Under the pieces are notes generated by a model. It did no database searches. It saw only the letters and a program-made list of their open reading frames with translations, and was not told where the DNA came from. A DNA stretch of 32,000 nt from Guillardia theta nucleomorph (Eukaryota; Protista; Cryptophyta): positions 30,001-62,000 of the forward strand of contig AF083031.2 of NCBI GenBank assembly GCA_000002975.1, read 5' to 3'. A program made the translations under genes and the position numbers. Below, in pieces: positions 26,250-32,000 of the stretch; within the stretch, counting starts at the first letter, position 1; each line of letters opens with the position of its first letter.

Positions 26250-28484
26250 TCAATAAAATAATTTTAAATATAATCCAATTTTAAATTTAAGCTTATTAAT
26301 TCTTAAATTTATCAAATAAATAATTTTTTTTTCATCTTTATTCTTAAATGAATTTTTTGATTTTGTCAAGATTATTTTAAGAAAATTTTTTAAAATTATA
26401 GAATCGTCTAAGTTTAGATTCTCGAGATTAAGTAAATAAAACAAAAATTTACTTAACTTGGAGCACCAAACGCGAATAAATTTCTTGAATAAAGATATAA
26501 AATTCTTATTCAAAAATTTTATTAATTTCCACAAAAGATTATAGTTTTGAGTAATGATGAATATTTCGAAGATTTTAAAAAACCAATCACCCCATGAATT
26601 TTCATTGAATTTTTGAATTACAAATTTCACAAATTTTAAATTTTTTTTTTTTATGTAGTTAATCTCTCTACTGATTTCTTTTAGAGCTAAAAAATTGAAG
26701 TCTTTATCAATACAAAGAATATAGCTATTATCTTTATTAACTTTTGCAAACAAAATAAATTTACGAAGATGATCAATCCTACTAATAACTTCATAATTTG
26801 GATATTTCAAAATATAAATCATTCCATGCTTAAAAAATATAATAATTAGTTTGTGATTTAAACATTTTAATTCAATAATAAATTTTCCATAAAAACCTTT
26901 TTTGATCAATGATAGTTTTGATATGTCAAATTCAAACAATTCACCTTTTTTATTAACAAAAATTACAATATTTAAATCATTGATTATTTCTATAATTTTA
27001 ATTCTAGTAAAATTATTAATTAAAATTTTTGGTTCTTTTTCATTGAATTTCCATATAAACAGTTTTGAATTATCTAAAATAATAATACTTTCAGAATTCA
27101 AAAAATTTGCATAAATTATTTTATTATCAAAATTTTTTTTCGAATATTTTATTGAATATTTAACTGAATCTGAAGATTCGATATTAAAAACCATTGTTTT
27201 AAGACATCGATCTGTATCTAGGTATAAAACTTTAATGGTTTGTTTTGGATCAGAAGAACCACTATTTCTAAAGTTAAAAATTACAAATAATTTTATTTTT
27301 ACTAATAATTTTTTTGTTGATATATTCATCATGAAAAAATAATTTTTACTCATGATTCCATATAATAAAAATTTTACTGAGTGCATTTTTGTAATTATTT
27401 TCTTGTTTTCAATAAAACCTAGTATATTATACGAAGTCCTTCTTAAAAATAAGAAGTTGCCATTATTTAGCGAAATACATATTGAAAATTTATTACCAAA
27501 ATATGTTATACTATCTATATTTTTTAAATTTAATTTAAAAATATTAAAAATTTGGATTCGATGGTTCTTCTCATTGACTATTTTTAAGATTTTAAAATTG
27601 TTATAATTGTAATCGATGATTCCATAAACATTTTCATTTTTAAATAGATCAATATATTTATTGATGAAATTGAAATAATATATTTTTTCTGGATTATCAT
27701 ATTCAGAAAATTTTTTGAATACATCAATTCGTTGTTTTTTATTTTGATTTGTTTCAAATATAAAAAATGAAAACATATTTTTAAATTTTATTTTGTAATT
27801 TATTTTATCTTTAATTACATATTTAAAAATATTAATATGATTAAGAAATTCAAATCTCCCTTTTTTTGTGGAAATATCGAAGAAATATTTCTTGATAAAA
27901 AATATGTAAATTTTTAAAAGTATTTTAGAATTTTTTTTTAAAATAGCATTAAAAAAATAAAAATGAATAGAATTTATATTAATAAATATAGAATTTTTTA
28001 TGTTCATGATGCAAACCTTTTTTGATATTATATTTTTTATTAATAATTTATTATGACTTAAATACATCAATAAAAAATTCTCACTTCTATCAAATTTTAT
28101 GCTAATAATATCCATCTTTTCTAACTGAAAATTGTCAATCAGTGATACAACTAAATCTTTTTTTTTTAACAAATTAATTCTATAGATGTATATAATTCTA
28201 TTTTCTAATTCAAAAACAAACATACTACCAGACTTACTATTTGAAATATTTGAAATATTTTTTTCTAATTTAAATTTTTTGATAAAATTAAAATCAGAAA
28301 AATTATAAAGTGAAAATAGCAAAACATTATTATATGATAATATGAAAAAAAAAAATAAATTTTTTACAAAAAAAAAGTTGAAAGGATGTATTTTTATTAT
28401 TTCTTTGATATTTTTAAAATTTGATAAAAGAGTATAATTACATTTTTCTTGTGATTTGAAATCTTCACAGAATGTTTTGGGCAT
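26250..28484 (-). CDS. Hypothetical protein, 744 aa; probable degenerate beta-propeller (possibly Utp13-like)
   Basis: Long ORF with repeated beta-strand/WD-like patterns (KFDRSENFLL, LFIWKF) and a helical C-terminus. Confidence 0.65.
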   Translation of the reverse strand: MPKTFCEDFKSQEKCNYTLLSNFKNIKEIIKIHPFNFFFVKNLFFFFILSYNNVLLFSLYNFSDFNFIKKFKLEKNISNISNSKSGSMFVFELENRIIYIYRINLLKKKDLVVSLIDNFQLEKMDIISIKFDRSENFLLMYLSHNKLLIKNIISKKVCIMNIKNSIFININSIHFYFFNAILKKNSKILLKIYIFFIKKYFFDISTKKGRFEFLNHINIFKYVIKDKINYKIKFKNMFSFFIFETNQNKKQRIDVFKKFSEYDNPEKIYYFNFINKYIDLFKNENVYGIIDYNYNNFKILKIVNEKNHRIQIFNIFKLNLKNIDSITYFGNKFSICISLNNGNFLFLRRTSYNILGFIENKKIITKMHSVKFLLYGIMSKNYFFMMNISTKKLLVKIKLFVIFNFRNSGSSDPKQTIKVLYLDTDRCLKTMVFNIESSDSVKYSIKYSKKNFDNKIIYANFLNSESIIILDNSKLFIWKFNEKEPKILINNFTRIKIIEIINDLNIVIFVNKKGELFEFDISKLSLIKKGFYGKFIIELKCLNHKLIIIFFKHGMIYILKYPNYEVISRIDHLRKFILFAKVNKDNSYILCIDKDFNFLALKEISREINYIKKKNLKFVKFVIQKFNENSWGDWFFKIFEIFIITQNYNLLWKLIKFLNKNFISLFKKFIRVWCSKLSKFLFYLLNLENLNLDDSIILKNFLKIILTKSKNSFKNKDEKKIIYLINLRINKLKFKIGLYLKLFY

Positions 28485-28556
28485 AATTTAAAATAATAAA
28501 TTAAATAAAATTTTATATATAAATTTTATTCTATAAATATACCCCTAATTTTAAAT

Positions 28557-28617
28557 TTAAATGATTAAAAGTGGGCGGAATGATATTTGATTAAATTTAC
28601 TAATTGATTATGAATCT
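28557..28617 (+). ncRNA. Box C/D snoRNA, snR70/SNORD43-like (SSU rRNA Cm1639 in yeast, E. coli C1402)
   Basis: Box C ATGATTA 28561-67; guide GTGGGCGG 28571-78 pairs with 18S CCGCCCGU; D' ATGA 28580-83; C' TTGATTA 28587-93; D ATGA 28610-13. The D'+5 rule lands on the C of CCG-C-CC. Confidence 0.75.
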
Positions 28618-28619
28618 AT

Positions 28620-30881
28620 TTAAATTATTTTTGAAAAGTATAAGAATTTATAATTAACTTTCATTTTCAATAACAATTTTTCATTTAATATTCTAATTTG
28701 ATTCAAAATACCTCTTACCTCTGGGTAGAAATAGTATCTAAGGTCTTTTCTTAGATTGATTAAGAGAAAATCGGCTTGAATTGATATTGTTCCTTTTAGT
28801 ATTCTATTCAGCATAGAATCGCAAGAGTATATATGATCATCATCTAAACTATATTTCACCATTAGATTTTTGGTTTTAAATTTTTCGTTCAGAAAGGTCG
28901 TCAATTTGTAGATTTTTAAATTTTTATTTAACATATAAAGATTATTTTTTTCTTTATGTAAATTAAAAAATTTCTTGATCAATAAACTACTAAAAAAATT
29001 TAATTTAGAGAAAATAATTATATCAATTTTTCTGAAAAAATTTCTTAATTCTTTTTCTGATAAAAAAAAATTTTTGTTAAATAGTGATGTAAATAAAAAA
29101 TTATTAAATTTCATAATTATATAGAAATTTAATTTTTTTGAACAAAATTCTCCGGCAAACTGAAATAATATCTCGCTATTTATTATTTCCCAATTAATTT
29201 TGAAAACCTTGAAATCTATGCAAATTTTAGACATTTCACAAATTTTAATGTATCTTAGGAAATTATAAGTTAATAAATAAGAAAATTTTTTTACTTCAAA
29301 TTTATCTTGATAAAATATTAGATTATTTTTTCTTATTTTTTCATACACAATAAAATCCTGAACATAATTTATATGAAATAAATTTTGATTAAAATAACTA
29401 TAAAAAAATTTTTTATTATCAAAATACTCTATTGAAAATATATATTTATTTTTATAATGAAATAGTATTCTACTAATTGAAAAACCGAAAAATTTCAAAA
29501 TTCTGATTTTAAGTGTGGATAAATTTACCGGTATGTTACTATTTTCTTCGTTATGAATTTTTGGAAAAGTTGATCTGTATATTTTAATCTCAGAATTTTT
29601 AGATTTTTCATTTTCATTGTTATTATAAAAGAGTACTAAGAAAACGATAAAAAAAATTGTTGATAATAACTTAAAAGGTAAAACACTTTTAAAAGAACCT
29701 TGTTTTACTATGAAAGATAAAAATAATTTAATAGAGTTTAAAAATTCATTTTTTATAATTAAAAATTTGATGATATTAATTTTCATAATTCTTAAAATCA
29801 AAAGGTATATCTGTTCTTTTAATAATGAATGGTTTAAAAATATTAGTAATCGGATGTTTTTTTGTATTGTTTCGGTTTGTTGAAAAAATAAAAAATTATT
29901 TGAAAATAATGAGATAGGTAAATTTGTTAAGATTTTGGAAATCCATAATAAAGTATGAAAAAAAATAAATCTTGATTCTATTGTAAAAAATTTTAATTTC
30001 AAATCTTTAAGTTTTTGTGTGATAAGTGATAATTTTATAATTTTAAATCTAATTTGTTTAAAATTTTTAATTTTAAACATGAATCTACATAATGTATATT
30101 TTATGTTTTTTTTAATAAATTGAAAATAAAGATTTATAAAAATTTTGTCATTAATAAATTTATTAAAACTGGATTTAATTGATAAAATTTTTGAAAAATA
30201 ATTATAATGTTGACTATCATTTAGTTGATTAAAAATGATTGCTATATTATAATTAGAAATTTCAAAAATTTTTGAATTCAACGCAGTACAAGTAGAGTAA
30301 AACATATTTATTAAAGTTGAATTAACTTTATTGCTTTTTTTAGAAAGATTATTAAAAAAAAATTGATTTGTAAACATTTTGGAAAAAAAATAAAATTTAT
30401 AAAAGTCAAATAAATATTCTAGGTTTAATAATAAATCACTATTTTTATCGTGACATAAAATTAATTTTTTTTTAAATTTATGGAAATTTTTTTTTTTTTT
30501 TTCAAAAAATTTTAATTCAACATTGAATCTATATAATTTAGATCTAAATAAATCAATATTAGTTTGAAATGATAATAAAATTAAATTTGCAAAATACTTT
30601 GTTTTTAGCAAGTGATTATTTATTTTTATGAACAATTGTAAAATTGTTTTTTCATAACTATTTTGATTGGAGTATAAATCTCTTAAAATTCCAATAAAAA
30701 TAAAACTTTTAATATATTCAAAAATAATGCAAATATTAATAAATAACATAGTTTTTCTATATCCATTGAAGTAATCAAAAAGACTTAAAAATTCTTGTGA
30801 CCAAATTAGTGTTGAATTTGATAAATCATAAATATTTAACCAGAGTGTAACTAACAAAAACTCAACTGTATGATTATTCAT
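28620..30881 (-). CDS. Hypothetical protein, ~753 aa; possibly very divergent eIF3c/Nip1 (PCI domain)
   Basis: Long ORF with its first ATG at 30881 (the track starts at a TTG). The C-terminal half has eIF3c-like blocks in the expected order. Confidence 0.65.
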   Translation of the reverse strand: MNNHTVEFLLVTLWLNIYDLSNSTLIWSQEFLSLFDYFNGYRKTMLFINICIIFEYIKSFIFIGILRDLYSNQNSYEKTILQLFIKINNHLLKTKYFANLILLSFQTNIDLFRSKLYRFNVELKFFEKKKKNFHKFKKKLILCHDKNSDLLLNLEYLFDFYKFYFFSKMFTNQFFFNNLSKKSNKVNSTLINMFYSTCTALNSKIFEISNYNIAIIFNQLNDSQHYNYFSKILSIKSSFNKFINDKIFINLYFQFIKKNIKYTLCRFMFKIKNFKQIRFKIIKLSLITQKLKDLKLKFFTIESRFIFFHTLLWISKILTNLPISLFSNNFLFFQQTETIQKNIRLLIFLNHSLLKEQIYLLILRIMKINIIKFLIIKNEFLNSIKLFLSFIVKQGSFKSVLPFKLLSTIFFIVFLVLFYNNNENEKSKNSEIKIYRSTFPKIHNEENSNIPVNLSTLKIRILKFFGFSISRILFHYKNKYIFSIEYFDNKKFFYSYFNQNLFHINYVQDFIVYEKIRKNNLIFYQDKFEVKKFSYLLTYNFLRYIKICEMSKICIDFKVFKINWEIINSEILFQFAGEFCSKKLNFYIIMKFNNFLFTSLFNKNFFLSEKELRNFFRKIDIIIFSKLNFFSSLLIKKFFNLHKEKNNLYMLNKNLKIYKLTTFLNEKFKTKNLMVKYSLDDDHIYSCDSMLNRILKGTISIQADFLLINLRKDLRYYFYPEVRGILNQIRILNEKLLLKMKVNYKFLYFSKII

Positions 30882-30926
30882 CCTCAAATGATATTTACCA
30901 AATTAATATGTTTATTAGTATATTAT

Positions 30927-31450
30927 TTATAAAAAACGGCTTTTTTGTACAAAATGTTGTGTTATTGGGTAATTTATCTTTTTACCAAGAAATTGCTTAA
31001 CGTTACTTTTTGATGATTCTATTTCTTTGATTCTTTCAACTCTTAAAATTGTGACATCCTTAGGCTTTATTTTGAACCTTCCACCCAATTCTATATAAAA
31101 TTGTTCAACTGCTCCTGTCATCATGAAATCTCGATATTCTTTAAATAGATTAACATAACCATTCTTAATTTTAACTTTACTCCATATTCCATAAGTTTTG
31201 ACAAAGTTATTTTTTTTTTCATAGATTTTTTGCGCTATGATAATTGATCCATTTTTTTTTTTTAATTTTTGTGTTTTTTTTAAAACACTCCAAAATTTGG
31301 ACTTTGCAGTTATTTTGTTAGGAGAAAAATTCTTCATAAAATAAATTGAATCTGATTTATTAGTGTTATTATTAGCCAAACATAAATATTGTTTCAACCA
31401 GCTCTTTAATTATTTTCTGAACAAACAAAAAAACTATTAATACTTACCAT
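30927..31450 (-). CDS. rpl18A: 60S ribosomal protein L18a (eL20), two exons: 31450-31448 and 31403-30927
   Basis: FSPNKITAKSKFW, VKTYGIW and FKEYRD...GAVEQFY. The ATG is followed by a GTAAGT intron; the spliced start reads MSWLKQY. Confidence 0.94.
31404..31447 (-). other. 44-nt spliceosomal intron immediately after the rpl18A start codon
   Basis: GTAAGTATTAATAGTTTTTTTGTTTGTTCAGAAAATAATTAAAG; this is the only nearby AG that restores the reading frame. Confidence 0.88.
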
Positions 31451-31514
31451 TTTTACAATTCAACACAATAATATATAAATAATTTTATATATTTAAATAA
31501 TATTTTTAATTTTA

Positions 31515-31931
31515 ATGTTTATCATCAAAGGTAATGATACAAGAAATAAAAAAATTAAAAAAAAACTTAAGAATATAGGCTTAGATATAAAAATTAGAAA
31601 TGAAGGTAAAAACATAAGCTTCATAGATAAAAAATGTCCATTTACCGGCAATATTTCGATTAGAGGTAGGATTATGAAAGGAAAAATAGTTTCCACTAAA
31701 ATGGAAAAAACTGTAATTGTAAGGAGAGATTATTTACACTGGATTCCAAAGTATAAAAGATTTGAAAAGAGACACAAAAACATTCCTTGTCACTGCTCGC
31801 CTTTATTTAGAGTTAAAGAAGGCGATTTTGTAACAATTGGACAATGTAGACCACTTTCTAAAACAGTTAGATTTAATGTTATTCACGTTGAAAAGGATAG
31901 GAGAGCTCGTAATAAAAAAATTTATAGCTAA
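31515..31931 (+). CDS. rps11: 40S ribosomal protein S11 (uS17)
   Basis: [36 protein letters not shown] and [14 protein letters not shown]. Confidence 0.97.
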   Translation: MFIIKGNDTRNKKIKKKLKNIGLDIKIRNEGKNISFIDKKCPFTGNISIRGRIMKGKIVSTKMEKTVIVRRDYLHWIPKYKRFEKRHKNIPCHCSPLFRVKEGDFVTIGQCRPLSKTVRFNVIHVEKDRRARNKKIYS

Positions 31932-31955
31932 ATAATGAATTTTTAATTTAATTCT

Positions 31956-32000
31956 ATGTCAAACTCAATCACTGGAGTAGTTTATATTGAAAATATTCCC
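31956..32000 (+). CDS. 5' end of an RRM protein (Esf2/Nop15-like), partial
   Basis: MSNSITGVVYIENIP is an RNP2-type motif like Esf2 TGVVYLSRIP. The ORF runs off the window. Confidence 0.55.
   Translation, partial: MSNSITGVVYIENIP

Noticed and set aside
25041-31696. ORFs 25041-25232, 25935-26195, 26902-27114, 27352-27606 and 31493-31696
   Set aside because: Antisense shadows of tcpH, ORF744 and rps11.
1-32000. CRISPR arrays, transposases, rRNA genes, spliceosomal snRNAs and an alternative genetic code
   Set aside because: None recognised. Poly-A/T runs reflect Lys/Phe codons. TGA works as an ordinary stop, and the gidB break is a frameshift rather than readthrough.

Overview
Very AT-rich, gene-dense eukaryotic DNA with spacers of about 0-130 nt. 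The gene content, a 44-nt GT-AG intron right after an ATG, non-canonical tRNA introns and plastid-type genes point to a cryptophyte nucleomorph chromosome, most likely Guillardia theta (inference). The window holds about 33 protein genes for transcription, TFIIH, ribosome biogenesis, translation, chromatin and replication. Features missing from the ORF track: an elongator tRNA-Met with three introns, a tRNA-Ala with a 3-nt T-loop insertion that fills the spacer between two divergent genes, two miniature C/D snoRNAs (snR78/SNORD52-like and snR70/SNORD43-like) plus a third candidate, a frameshifted gidB, and the rpl18A intron. Three enzymes have lost catalytic residues (Cbf5, Rvb2, XPD). Several orphan ORFs look like very divergent Tfb4, Sld5, Pop5, eIF3c, Utp13 and a GTPase-less Sey1/RHD3 stalk. 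All homology calls are by-eye motif comparisons against remembered family sequences; no searches were run.
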